Assembly (NCBI GenBank): GCA_965222075.1
Contig: OZ244937.1
Coordinates: 2,912,001 to 2,976,000, forward strand
DNA length: 64,000 bases
DNA from: Candidatus Latescibacterota bacterium
GTDB taxonomy: Bacteria > Latescibacterota > UBA2968 > GCA-2709665
Reading direction: 5' to 3'
Below the pieces are notes generated by a model. It did not search any database, had not been told where the DNA came from, and worked only from the letters and a program-made list of their open reading frames with translations. This document shows, piece by piece, positions 38,384-47,725 of this stretch (position 1 is its first letter; every line of letters begins with the position of its first letter). The position numbers were made by a program, and so were the translations under genes.

Positions 38384-39184
38384 TTATGTATTCGGCGCAA
38401 CGCCCTTGCCCACGACCTTCAACCCGGAAAAGCGGCGCTCCGGAAGACCTGTGGAGGATGAATACCCTTCCACCTTACGCCCCCAGTACCCCCTGGCATC
38501 CCTGTGAGAAATCACAAGGCCGAACAACTGGGCCAGATTGTGTGTCGAAGACGCGACCTTCACCGCGTGCGCCGACAGCTCTGGCAGGGCCTGGCGCATC
38601 CAGCAGTGGACGTAGGAATACGCCAGAAACCGCTGCGGCGTCTCGCTCCGGTTTCGAGTCTGCGCCTGCCAGAGGTTGCCGTGCAGCACCACCGCCGCCC
38701 CCGCCTTCACCCGCAGAGCAACGTGGTGGGGCATCTCCTCGATACGGGCAATCTCCGGAAAGGCGAGGTCCGGTTTGAACCGATGGCTCCCCGGCACCAC
38801 CGAAACGCAGGCCCCGTCCTCCGCCACATCGTCCAAGTGGAAAACCACCTGCACACAGACCGTGGACGCCGGATGGTAGACGCCCAGCATACCCGCCACC
38901 TCCCGGCGCCATCCCCTCCCGGCACCTCCGGGGGCGATTGTCATACCCTGGAGGGCCCGGAGTTGAACATCGTCTCCCAAAATGCGGTGGACCACGGGAA
39001 AGACCGTCGCGTGCTCGGCAAGATGGACAAAGAGATCGTCTCGATTCGGCAGGTCCTCAAGCCCCCCATCCCCCGCCGCCCGGTCAAACACCGTCCTCAC
39101 CCGCTCCAGTTCATCCGGCTCAAAGGCCCCCTCTACCACCAGATAGCCCTGCGCCCCGTACACAACCTTTTGTTCTTCTGTCAT
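38384..39184 (-). CDS. PhyH-family protein lacking catalytic residues
   Basis: Aligns with the neighbour at 37609 but has GWRRE, LWQA and NRSETPQ. Confidence 0.85.
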   Translation of the reverse strand: MTEEQKVVYGAQGYLVVEGAFEPDELERVRTVFDRAAGDGGLEDLPNRDDLFVHLAEHATVFPVVHRILGDDVQLRALQGMTIAPGGAGRGWRREVAGMLGVYHPASTVCVQVVFHLDDVAEDGACVSVVPGSHRFKPDLAFPEIARIEEMPHHVALRVKAGAAVVLHGNLWQAQTRNRSETPQRFLAYSYVHCWMRQALPELSAHAVKVASSTHNLAQLFGLVISHRDARGYWGRKVEGYSSSTGLPERRFSGLKVVGKGVAPNT

Positions 39185-39221
39185 AATAGCCTTCCTTCAA
39201 AAAAACGCAACCTCCATACCC

Positions 39222-40061
39222 TCAAGGCGCAAGCGCCTCCTCTCCGAGGTGCTCTCTCAGCCACGTCCGCAACGGCACATCCTCTTCTCTTGGCGACGTA
39301 TACCCCATCCCACCCGTAACGGTCGCGCCCAACAACTGCCGCCGGACCGGATTGCAGCGCTCCATATAGTGTTCCACCGTCATATCGTCTCTGGGGCGAA
39401 GCCACCGATAGCTGTATCCGTAGAACAGCACCTTCCGCGTGATCGTCGAATAATTATGGCCGGCCGCGTGCCAGAGGCGCCGGTCGAAAAACACCGCCGT
39501 GCCGGGCGCCACCAGGACCGGCATCGTCCCTTCAGGGTCCGAAACCCCATCGTCGGGGAACACCGCCTGCATGTGACTCCCGGGCACTACGGTGAAATTT
39601 CCCCGCTCCGGTTCTGTCATATCCGTCAGGAAGAAGCCCACCTTGAGGGAGACCCGGGGCCTCGGTTCGCTTTCCAGCTCAATATTCAACCGTCCGCTGT
39701 CCTGGTGCCACCCCAACCTCTTCTTCGCCGCCGGCTCCGGATGCGGAGGCGTCACGATCATGTGGGAGTGATAAAGCTGGATGTTCCACCCCAGGATGTC
39801 CCACACTTTCGGAAATGTCCTGGGCCAGTCGATCAGCTCTAAAAAACGCTCGTCCTTCCCCACAAAATCCAGCAGGTTCAGCCGACCGCCGGGCTCCAGC
39901 CCCTCTTCGGCCACGCAGTAATCGTAAAGCCGGTCCACCAGCCCGTTCAACTCCTCAACCCTCTGCGGCGGCAGAGCGTCCTCCACCACAAAAAATCCGT
40001 CCCGCTCGAACTTGAGGCGCTCCTCCTCTGTCAGGCAGTAATCCAGACAGGCAACGTTCAT
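39222..40061 (-). CDS. PhyH-family Fe/2OG dioxygenase
   Basis: GWHQDSG, VPGSH, LWHAAGHN...RK; AGGAG RBS. Confidence 0.92.
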   Translation of the reverse strand: MNVACLDYCLTEEERLKFERDGFFVVEDALPPQRVEELNGLVDRLYDYCVAEEGLEPGGRLNLLDFVGKDERFLELIDWPRTFPKVWDILGWNIQLYHSHMIVTPPHPEPAAKKRLGWHQDSGRLNIELESEPRPRVSLKVGFFLTDMTEPERGNFTVVPGSHMQAVFPDDGVSDPEGTMPVLVAPGTAVFFDRRLWHAAGHNYSTITRKVLFYGYSYRWLRPRDDMTVEHYMERCNPVRRQLLGATVTGGMGYTSPREEDVPLRTWLREHLGEEALAP

Positions 40062-40117
40062 AACCTTTCTCCTGAGTTAACGATCCCCCTGATACACGGC
40101 AAAGATGGATACCGAAA

Positions 40118-40146
40118 GAGATAATGCATCCTTCCTGTAGTGTCAA
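40118..40146 (-). promoter_or_regulatory. Possible sigma70 promoter for the PhyH run
   Basis: Perfect TTGACA, 17 nt, then a weak TATCTC. Confidence 0.35.
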
Positions 40147-40170
40147 GCGAGAAATAAAGGTGAAGGTTCC

Positions 40171-40495
40171 TCATATCCTGGAACCCAGCCCCACCACCTT
40201 GGGCTGCTCGATGCGGTGGACGCCCTCTCGCGGTTCAAACAGTGCGCTTAAACGGGTCAGCCACTCGGTATTCGCATCGGGCGTGTACTGGGGGGAATTG
40301 AGCTCCACCCCAAAACGCTTCAGCGCCCGGTAGACCTCCACCGTGCGGGCCGCATCCGCCGCGTTGTCCTTACCCAGAATCTTCAGCTTGAAGCAGCGGT
40401 ACCCGCGCCTGCGCACCCACGGGGCGACCTCCTCCTCCAGATCCTCCGCACTCCCGACGATCCACCACGCATCCAGTCGGTATTCAGGTCTCTGT
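40171..40495 (-). pseudogene. 5'-truncated, internally deleted enolase-superfamily gene
   Basis: LDAWWIVG...GYRCFKLKILG (KxK motif) joined in frame to GVELNSPQY...GLG. No start codon; the metal-ligand region is missing. Confidence 0.65.
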
Positions 40496-40559
40496 CGCGT
40501 TTATTCCTGTGGTTCATCACGCTGCTCACGCTCGTAGAACCGGCTTTATCTACTTAAGG

Positions 40560-41555
40560 TCAGGCGTCAAACTCCGACATCTGCACCGGCTCGCCCCGCT
40601 CCGCGCTCTGTTTGGCCGCCTCGATCGCCGCCATCGAATGACGTACCGACCGGCCGTTTGCATCCGGCTCACGCCCCTCCAGACAGCAGGCTGCAAACTC
40701 CCGGACCTGGTTCCGCATCCCCTCGCCGGGCCCGTCAACGGGCACCTCTTCTCCGTTCAACAGGAGCTTGCTGTGGGTGAACATCATGGACCCCTCGCTG
40801 CCGATAATATACTGATCGTGGCCGCCGGTGTGACACACCACCGATTGAGACAGCACGCTTACCGCCCCGTTCTCATGGTTCATCACAGCCGTATACGAAT
40901 CCTTCTGTCCGCGGTACCGTTCGGTACTCTCGTTCCCCTGCGCATAGACCCGCACGATCGGCGAATCGAGGTACCAGTGCAGGATATCGTATTCGTGGGG
41001 GCCGAAGCAGTAGAGCACACAGTTTCCGCCGATCTCCAGGTCCATATACCAGTGCCGCGCCTGCCCTTCCGGCGGGGCCGGATTGAAATTGCCCAGCCGC
41101 CGCCGGAGCAGGTGCCCCACCTCGCCGATGGCCCCATCGGCGATCATCCCCTTCACCTTGCGGCTCACCGGGTAATACCGCATCACCTGGCCCGCCATCA
41201 AAATCCGGTTTGCCCGGTCGCAGGCCGCAATCATCCGGTCGCACTCCTCAACCGTCAGCGCCATCGGCTTCTCCACCAGCACATGCTTTCCCGCCTCCGC
41301 CGCAGCCACCACCTGATCGCCGTGCTGGTTGTGGGGCGTACACACGATCACCCCCTCCACCTCCGAATCCGCCAGCAGGGCATCCAAATCCGTATAGGCC
41401 CTGGCCCCATGCTCTCCCGCGGCCGACTCGGCCCGCCCGGCGTCGATATCCATCACCGCAGCCACCCGAATATTGTCATTCTGCTCGATCGCTTTCATGT
41501 GCGACCGGGCAATCCCCCCCGCGCCGATCATGCCCACAGACAGTACATCGCTCAT
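40560..41555 (-). CDS. Gfo/Idh/MocA oxidoreductase
   Basis: GMIGAGGIA, CTPHNQH, GKHVLVEKPMA. Confidence 0.93.
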   Translation of the reverse strand: MSDVLSVGMIGAGGIARSHMKAIEQNDNIRVAAVMDIDAGRAESAAGEHGARAYTDLDALLADSEVEGVIVCTPHNQHGDQVVAAAEAGKHVLVEKPMALTVEECDRMIAACDRANRILMAGQVMRYYPVSRKVKGMIADGAIGEVGHLLRRRLGNFNPAPPEGQARHWYMDLEIGGNCVLYCFGPHEYDILHWYLDSPIVRVYAQGNESTERYRGQKDSYTAVMNHENGAVSVLSQSVVCHTGGHDQYIIGSEGSMMFTHSKLLLNGEEVPVDGPGEGMRNQVREFAACCLEGREPDANGRSVRHSMAAIEAAKQSAERGEPVQMSEFDA

Positions 41556-41613
41556 CTCCGATCTCCTCATCAAATGGTCAACGACAGACCACGGAAAAAC
41601 CTTACGTCTCACG

Positions 41614-43446
41614 TCACGCCAGCGGCAGGTGCTCCAAAAACCAGGCCAGCACGCGCCGGGCGCAGTCCCGCCTGTTCTCCTTCTTTCTGAACCCGTGTCC
41701 CTCGCCGGGATAGACCACCAGCCCGACCGGAACCCTCCGATCCTCTAAGGCGCGGTAGGCCACCACAGACTGCGACAGCGTGCAGATCGGGTCCCGGTCG
41801 CCGTGAAGCATCAACAGCGGCGCCTGGATTGACCCTAAGTGGGGAAACACATCGCTCCTCTGGGCCTTCTTCGTAAGAGGCCACGAAAGGGGGGCGATGT
41901 ATTCCGTCTCGTACGTAAAATCCCCTGTCTCCAGGGTCATCCAGCGGTTGCTCACAAAGCCGAACAGCGCCACGCCCGCCACGAATCGGTCGGTCACCGC
42001 CAGGGCGCGCAGCGTCATATACCCGCCATAAGATCCGCCGAAAATCCCCACCCGGTCGACTGACGCCTGCCCGGCTTCGACCAGGTGATTGACCCCCGAC
42101 AGAATATCCTCTAAGTCCGCCTCGCCCTGGCAGCCGATATTGCCCTGTACAAATGCGTCTCCAAACCCCAAGGACCCCCGAAACGCCGGGTTGAACACCC
42201 GGTAGCCCGCCCGCAGCAGGTGTCGGTGGCGCACCGCATGGCTGCGCAGCGCCTCCACAGTCGAGGCCGGTCCACCGTGGGCCGACACCAGCAGAGGCGC
42301 GTCTTCGGGCGTTCCCTCCACCTCGTACACAACCCCTTCAACGACCAGCCCGTCCGGGGCGGTCCACTGCACGGAGGCGATTTGCAAATCCTCATATTTT
42401 TCGGTTTGCGGAAGCGGCACGCATCGATCTCCCGTCCGGATCGCCGGAAACGCCTCCGGTCCTTCGGTTTCAAAGACCGCCGTCCCGTCGGCCAGCCAGG
42501 CCACCGGCGACGTGGCGGGCCGGTCCTCGAACGCCGTCCCTGCCGATCCGTCCAGCATCACCACCCCGGTCACCACCTCCAGGCCTTCCACCACCGTCAT
42601 CCAGACCCGGTCCTCCGCCACCCCCCAACCGAAATCTTTGATACACCGGCCGCCCCCTGTCAGATTGCGCCGACCTTTTCCATCCCACCCCATCCACCAG
42701 AGGTCCGTATGGGTCGTAATCGGCCGTTTGATCTGGTGGTTCGCCTGATAAATCACCCCCGAGCCGTCCGGCGCCACCAGCGCTTTCCCGACCCGCCCGG
42801 CCCCTTCCGTCAGCCTCCGGACCTTCCCCTCCCCCAGATCGAACCCCCAGAACTCGCCCCGCTGTGCTTCCTCCGGCACCACATTGACCGGCTCGGTCCA
42901 CACCATCCGCCGGCCGTCCCGCGACATGCTCAATCCACTGCATCCCCAGGGCGCCTCCGCCAGATTGACCCACCCTGCGGTGGGCGCATACCGGCACAGC
43001 GTCACTGTTTCCCGGGGCCGTGGGTAGAACCTCGGCGCATCCGGATCGGGCACCTCCCGGCGGTCCACCAGGGCGCCCACAATCAGGCCGTCTGCCCCCC
43101 ACGCGACATCCAGGGAAACCAGTCCCTCCGGCAGATCAACCAGCCTTCCCTTCCGGCCGTCCAGTTCCAGCCGCCACAGCGCCCCTCCCGACTGCACGAT
43201 CGCCCCCTCCGGCCCGGCGGGCCAGACTTCTTCCACCCCATCGAACCCTCCAATGCGCCAGAGCCGTTTCCCCCCCGGCTTCAACAGCCGAAGCGCCCCG
43301 TCCTCTTTGCCGCTCAGGGCCACCAGCAGCGCTCCGCCCGCCATCGGCACAATCCGCTCCACGCGGCACAGATCCAGATCCGGATTGGTCAGCCGGTCCA
43401 GACGGGGCGGCAGTTTGACCTCTGGAGACAGCACATTCATACGCAT
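41614..43446 (-). CDS. S9 (prolyl oligopeptidase/acylaminoacyl peptidase) family hydrolase
   Basis: Propeller region, HGGP, GGSYGG, HGDRD, GEGH. Confidence 0.92.
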   Translation of the reverse strand: MRMNVLSPEVKLPPRLDRLTNPDLDLCRVERIVPMAGGALLVALSGKEDGALRLLKPGGKRLWRIGGFDGVEEVWPAGPEGAIVQSGGALWRLELDGRKGRLVDLPEGLVSLDVAWGADGLIVGALVDRREVPDPDAPRFYPRPRETVTLCRYAPTAGWVNLAEAPWGCSGLSMSRDGRRMVWTEPVNVVPEEAQRGEFWGFDLGEGKVRRLTEGAGRVGKALVAPDGSGVIYQANHQIKRPITTHTDLWWMGWDGKGRRNLTGGGRCIKDFGWGVAEDRVWMTVVEGLEVVTGVVMLDGSAGTAFEDRPATSPVAWLADGTAVFETEGPEAFPAIRTGDRCVPLPQTEKYEDLQIASVQWTAPDGLVVEGVVYEVEGTPEDAPLLVSAHGGPASTVEALRSHAVRHRHLLRAGYRVFNPAFRGSLGFGDAFVQGNIGCQGEADLEDILSGVNHLVEAGQASVDRVGIFGGSYGGYMTLRALAVTDRFVAGVALFGFVSNRWMTLETGDFTYETEYIAPLSWPLTKKAQRSDVFPHLGSIQAPLLMLHGDRDPICTLSQSVVAYRALEDRRVPVGLVVYPGEGHGFRKKENRRDCARRVLAWFLEHLPLA

Positions 43447-43515
43447 AACACCCTCACGGTCAGCCAGATCCCGGATGACAGCCAAGATAGACCGAATCGA
43501 TGTCCGACGCAACAC

Positions 43516-43544
43516 TTGACTTCTCTTCCCCCGTGCCGTAGAAT
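43516..43544 (+). promoter_or_regulatory. Sigma70-type promoter of the sulfatase
   Basis: TTGACT-17 nt-TAGAAT. Confidence 0.72.
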
Positions 43545-43690
43545 ACGCCAACCCATTTTCCCTGTCCTGCTGCTCCGTACTCTCAGGGGCAGCATGCGCT
43601 GGGGCTTTGCAACAGTTGTACCCAAAGTACGGCGTTCCGATCTACCACAGGGCCGAATTTGAAAATTTTTTATAACAGGAGGTCTTCTCC

Positions 43691-45127
43691 ATGCCCGCCA
43701 ATCTCCTCTTCATCACCACCGACCAGCAGCGCTGGGACAGCCTGCCCTGCTACGGCCTCGACTTCATGCAGACCCCTGCCTTAGACCGCCTGGCGGGGGA
43801 CGGCCTTGTCTTTGAAAACTGTATCGTCCCGGCCCCCCTCTGCGTCCCCTGCCGGGCCGCCATTTTAAGCGGGCAGTATCCCTCCACCACCGGGGTGCTG
43901 GGCAACGGCCACGGGTTGCCCGATGCGGTTCCCACCTGGCCCTCCCGCCTTGGCGAGGCGGGCAGGCGCACCGCCGCCATTGGCAAAATGCACTTCAACC
44001 CCTGGGACGACATGGGCGGCTTCCAGGAGCGCATTATCGCCGAAGACAAACGGCACTTCTACCTGCCCGACGACCACGTCAAATTCCTCCAGGCCCACGG
44101 CATGGAACGCTTTCACGCCACGGCCAAACCCGGATACTTCGAAACGCTCCAGGCATCCGTCACCCCCCGTCCCAAAAAATTCCACATCGACGGCTTTGTT
44201 GGAGACCGGGCCGCAGACTGGCTGGCGCAAAACAGCAGCGAACCCTTCGCCGTCTGGGTCAGCTTTCCCGGCCCCCACGACCCCTACGATCCCCCCGAAG
44301 AGATGGCCGACCTCTACACCGACGCCCCCATCCCGGACCCGGTCGGCTCAGTTGAAGAGCTGGTCCACAAACCTCCGGCCCAGCGCAAAAGCAGCCAGGA
44401 CCGTCTCAGCAGTTCCGTGTACCGCCTGGACCTCTCTCAGGCCACGCTTGAACACTACCGCCGCTGGCGCGCCCACTACTATGCCAACATCACCCTCATC
44501 GACAATGGCATCGGTAAAATGCTCGCCGCCCTCGAAGCCGGCGGCGTCTTAGAGGACACCCTCATCATCTTCACCAGCGACCACGGAGACGCCCTGGGCG
44601 ACCACGGGCTGGCCTACAAGAGCTTCTTCTACGATTCGATGGTCCGCGTCCCCCTCATCATCGCCGGCCCCGGCGTCCCAAAAGGCGGGCGGTGCGCCTC
44701 GCTTGTCAGCACCCTGGACCTGGTCCCCCTCTTCTACCGCGTCTGTGACGTCGATCCTCCCGACACGCTTCAGGGAGAGGATCTCACAGCGCTCCTCCAG
44801 GACCCCACCGCCTCGGTCCGGGACGCCGCCTTCAGCGAAACCCTGGGACGGGTCATGGTCCGGACCGCCTGCTATAAATATGCCCACTACGAAGACGGCT
44901 CGGCCGAACTCTACGACCTGAAGGCCGACCCCCACGAACGCATCAACTTAGCCGGCGATCCCCAGCACGCCGAAACGGAACGCCACCTCCGCTGTCTCCT
45001 CCTGGAACACGGGTTGCGCAACCACGCCTGCCATGCCCGGGCCGTCAGCCGCCCCCAGAGCCCGATCCGGATCGCGCTGGAAGAGGAATACCGGAAAGAA
45101 CTTGAAGCGCAGGAAAAATCGGAGTAA
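43691..45127 (+). CDS. Sulfatase (formylglycine-dependent)
   Basis: ITTDQQR, CVPCR, GKMH, PHDPY, TSDHG; AGGAGG RBS. Confidence 0.94.
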   Translation: MPANLLFITTDQQRWDSLPCYGLDFMQTPALDRLAGDGLVFENCIVPAPLCVPCRAAILSGQYPSTTGVLGNGHGLPDAVPTWPSRLGEAGRRTAAIGKMHFNPWDDMGGFQERIIAEDKRHFYLPDDHVKFLQAHGMERFHATAKPGYFETLQASVTPRPKKFHIDGFVGDRAADWLAQNSSEPFAVWVSFPGPHDPYDPPEEMADLYTDAPIPDPVGSVEELVHKPPAQRKSSQDRLSSSVYRLDLSQATLEHYRRWRAHYYANITLIDNGIGKMLAALEAGGVLEDTLIIFTSDHGDALGDHGLAYKSFFYDSMVRVPLIIAGPGVPKGGRCASLVSTLDLVPLFYRVCDVDPPDTLQGEDLTALLQDPTASVRDAAFSETLGRVMVRTACYKYAHYEDGSAELYDLKADPHERINLAGDPQHAETERHLRCLLLEHGLRNHACHARAVSRPQSPIRIALEEEYRKELEAQEKSE

Positions 45128-45184
45128 GCGCGAGGATGGCCTGGATTGGGCAATCCAAGCCGGCCCGAAACGTTGGCATTGCCC

Positions 45185-46264
45185 TCACCTCTCTGTTCTA
45201 TATTCCTCAACAAACGCCTCGTCCAGATCCATGCCCAGGCCGGGCCGGTCGGACATCCGGATCTGTCCATCCACAATCTGAAAGGCGGGATCGTAGAGCC
45301 GGCTCCAGATTTGGTACGGCTCGGTGTGGGGGCACGCCGAAACCATCAGCCCGTTGGGCACGGCGGCCAGCAGGTGGCAGTTGATCTCGGGATAGGAGGC
45401 TCCGTGAGGCGCAATATAGACCTGGTGGGCCTCGGCGAGCGCCGCAAGCCGCATCAGGCCCGTAAACCCGCCCCCGCCCAGGATATCGGTCTGCACCACC
45501 TGCAGTCCCCCCTCCACAATAAGCTGCCGGATCCCGGAAAGCGTGGGCTCCCCTTCTCCTCCGGCCACCAGCGCACTGGTCGCCTCCCGGACCATCCGCA
45601 TAAACCGCAGCTCGTCGTCGGCTCGCACCGGCTCTTCGATCCAGTAGAGATCGTAGGTTTCGAACTTCCGGGCCATCTCCGCCGCAAGCCGGCCGTGCCA
45701 CATCCGGTGGATGTCGACCATCAACTTCCGGTCCGGCCCCAGCATCTCCCGGGAAAGCCGCACCTTCTCAAGCGCCAGATCCGGGTCGGGATCGGCTAAG
45801 TGAAACTTAACCGCACCGAACCCCAGCCCCGCGTGCTTCCGCACGAGCCCGAGCATCTCCTCGGCCGTCAATTCGGTATAACCGATGCCGTCGGCATAGG
45901 CGGGCACCCGGCTGCGGTATCCCCCCAGAAGCCGCCAGACCGGCTCGCCGCATCCCTTTCCCAGAAGATCCCACAGGGCCACGTCGAGCGCCCCAATCGT
46001 GCCCATCGCGGATCGCCCCGGCCCCCGAAACCCCCAGGCCACGTCGTACATACGCTGCCAGAGCCGGGCCGTACGCCGGGGGTCTTCCCCCACCAGGAGA
46101 GGGGCAAACACCTGTTCAATCAGCCCGGGATTGCCCCCCCGGCCGATGCCGAAAAGGCCGTTGTCCGCATAGATGCGGTGAACGGGAAAGGTGCGGGTCT
46201 TGCCCTGCCCGGGGGGGCCCCAGGGGATGTCCAGCGTAACCGTCTCGATCCTGTCGATGCGCAT
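45185..46264 (-). CDS. Mandelate racemase/muconate lactonising enzyme family protein
   Basis: ALDVALWDLLGK, LMVD, WIEEP, AGGE, RPGLG. Has KFH in place of KxK. GGAGG RBS. Confidence 0.92.
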   Translation of the reverse strand: MRIDRIETVTLDIPWGPPGQGKTRTFPVHRIYADNGLFGIGRGGNPGLIEQVFAPLLVGEDPRRTARLWQRMYDVAWGFRGPGRSAMGTIGALDVALWDLLGKGCGEPVWRLLGGYRSRVPAYADGIGYTELTAEEMLGLVRKHAGLGFGAVKFHLADPDPDLALEKVRLSREMLGPDRKLMVDIHRMWHGRLAAEMARKFETYDLYWIEEPVRADDELRFMRMVREATSALVAGGEGEPTLSGIRQLIVEGGLQVVQTDILGGGGFTGLMRLAALAEAHQVYIAPHGASYPEINCHLLAAVPNGLMVSACPHTEPYQIWSRLYDPAFQIVDGQIRMSDRPGLGMDLDEAFVEEYRTER

Positions 46265-46463
46265 GGCCGGCCTCCTTTGAATTTGCACAAGCGGATGGAA
46301 GAGAAATCGGAATCGAAAAGCCAGGGAAAAAACGGAGAGGCAAAAATGGCGGAAAAACAAAGGAGACGAGAAACAGGAAATCTCCCAGATCGAAGATCTA
46401 TATGAAGTACCTTTTATCTGTGTGTATCTGCGGGCATCTGTGGTTGCTTAAAAAAACAGCAGA

Positions 46464-46889
46464 TCAGGCACTCAGACGCTTGAACATCACCACTTCGGTC
46501 CCCTCCCTTGAGAAGTCGAAGTCGACCCTGTCCATCATGGACCGCATCACCAGCAGCCCGCGTCCGGAGGGTTTTAACAGGTTCTCCTCTGCCAGAGGGT
46601 TGGGTACTGCTTCCGGGTCAAACCCCGACCCCTGATCCAGTACCCGGATGCGCAAATGCTCCGTCTCCCGGCTGAACCGGATCGCCACCAGCCTGTCCTG
46701 CATCCCCCCATTGCCGTGATAAATGGCGTTGTTCACCGCCTCGGTCAGGGCAATGGCCACCTCTTCGGCAGCCGATTCGGGCAGCCCCAATTGCGCGGCC
46801 ACCTCCTCCACCGCCGCCACCACCTCCGGGAGCGCCTCGGCGGAGCTTGGAATCTCCAGCACCTTCACTTCGACTTCCTGGCCAGCCAT
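46464..46889 (-). CDS. rsbW: RsbW-like anti-sigma factor Ser kinase
   Basis: EAVNNAIYHGN, DQGSGFD, SGRGL. Confidence 0.9.
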   Translation of the reverse strand: MAGQEVEVKVLEIPSSAEALPEVVAAVEEVAAQLGLPESAAEEVAIALTEAVNNAIYHGNGGMQDRLVAIRFSRETEHLRIRVLDQGSGFDPEAVPNPLAEENLLKPSGRGLLVMRSMMDRVDFDFSREGTEVVMFKRLSA

Positions 46890-46922
46890 CGTCTGTCCCT
46901 CGTCTGAGCTCCGGCAACCTCC

Positions 46923-47606
46923 TCATGATGCGTTGAAACTGTCCACCGCCTCTTCTACCGTCCCGTACGACTGGAAAATCTGATCCAGCCAGGTTTCGAC
47001 AAACACGCTGGAAACCTGCTGGCTGACCCGGGCCAGACGAATATCCCCACCGGCCTCTCTCACCCCCTTCAGACTGGACGCCAGAATGCCGATGGCCGAG
47101 CTGTTCATCCACCTCACCTCTCCCAGGTTCATCACGATCTGCATAACATTGTCCTGGACCAGACGCTGAACACAATCTCTAAACTCGGTCGTCTCCACCC
47201 CCCCCATCAGCCTCCCACTCAGGTGCAGCACCGCCACGTCACCCTGCATCTCCTCTTCCAGCTGCATGCTGAAACTGGTCACTGCGTCTTCCACCGTTTC
47301 GTACGACTTGAAGATCTTCTCCAGCTGCATCGTCACAAACACGCTGATAATCCGCTCGCCCGCTCGTGCCAGACGAATGTCCCCTCCGGCCTGCTTCGCC
47401 TCCTGCAGGCCGGAAGTCAGAATGCCGATGGCCGAACTGTTCATCCACTTCACCCGTCCCAGGTCCACGACAACCTGTGTAACCCTTCTATCCTGGACCA
47501 GCCGATGGATGTAGCCTTTAAACTCACTCGTCTCTCCCCCTCCCATCATCGTCCCGCTCAGACGCAACACCGCCACTTCGCCCTGCATTTTCTCCTTGAT
47601 GTTCAT
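46923..47606 (-). CDS. Tandem double-STAS anti-sigma factor antagonist
   Basis: Two roughly 113-aa repeats, each with WMNSSAIGIL and AGGDIRLAR. Confidence 0.92.
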   Translation of the reverse strand: MNIKEKMQGEVAVLRLSGTMMGGGETSEFKGYIHRLVQDRRVTQVVVDLGRVKWMNSSAIGILTSGLQEAKQAGGDIRLARAGERIISVFVTMQLEKIFKSYETVEDAVTSFSMQLEEEMQGDVAVLHLSGRLMGGVETTEFRDCVQRLVQDNVMQIVMNLGEVRWMNSSAIGILASSLKGVREAGGDIRLARVSQQVSSVFVETWLDQIFQSYGTVEEAVDSFNAS

Positions 47607-47725
47607 AACGCTTCTCCTGTTTTATGAAGAATCCAGAGGGGCCCTGGAGAGAAATAATGCAACCTCTGACGGCTATGCCTTACCTTTGAAATTGCTTGAA
47701 CACTCGGCTGTCGGCCCCCTTAACC

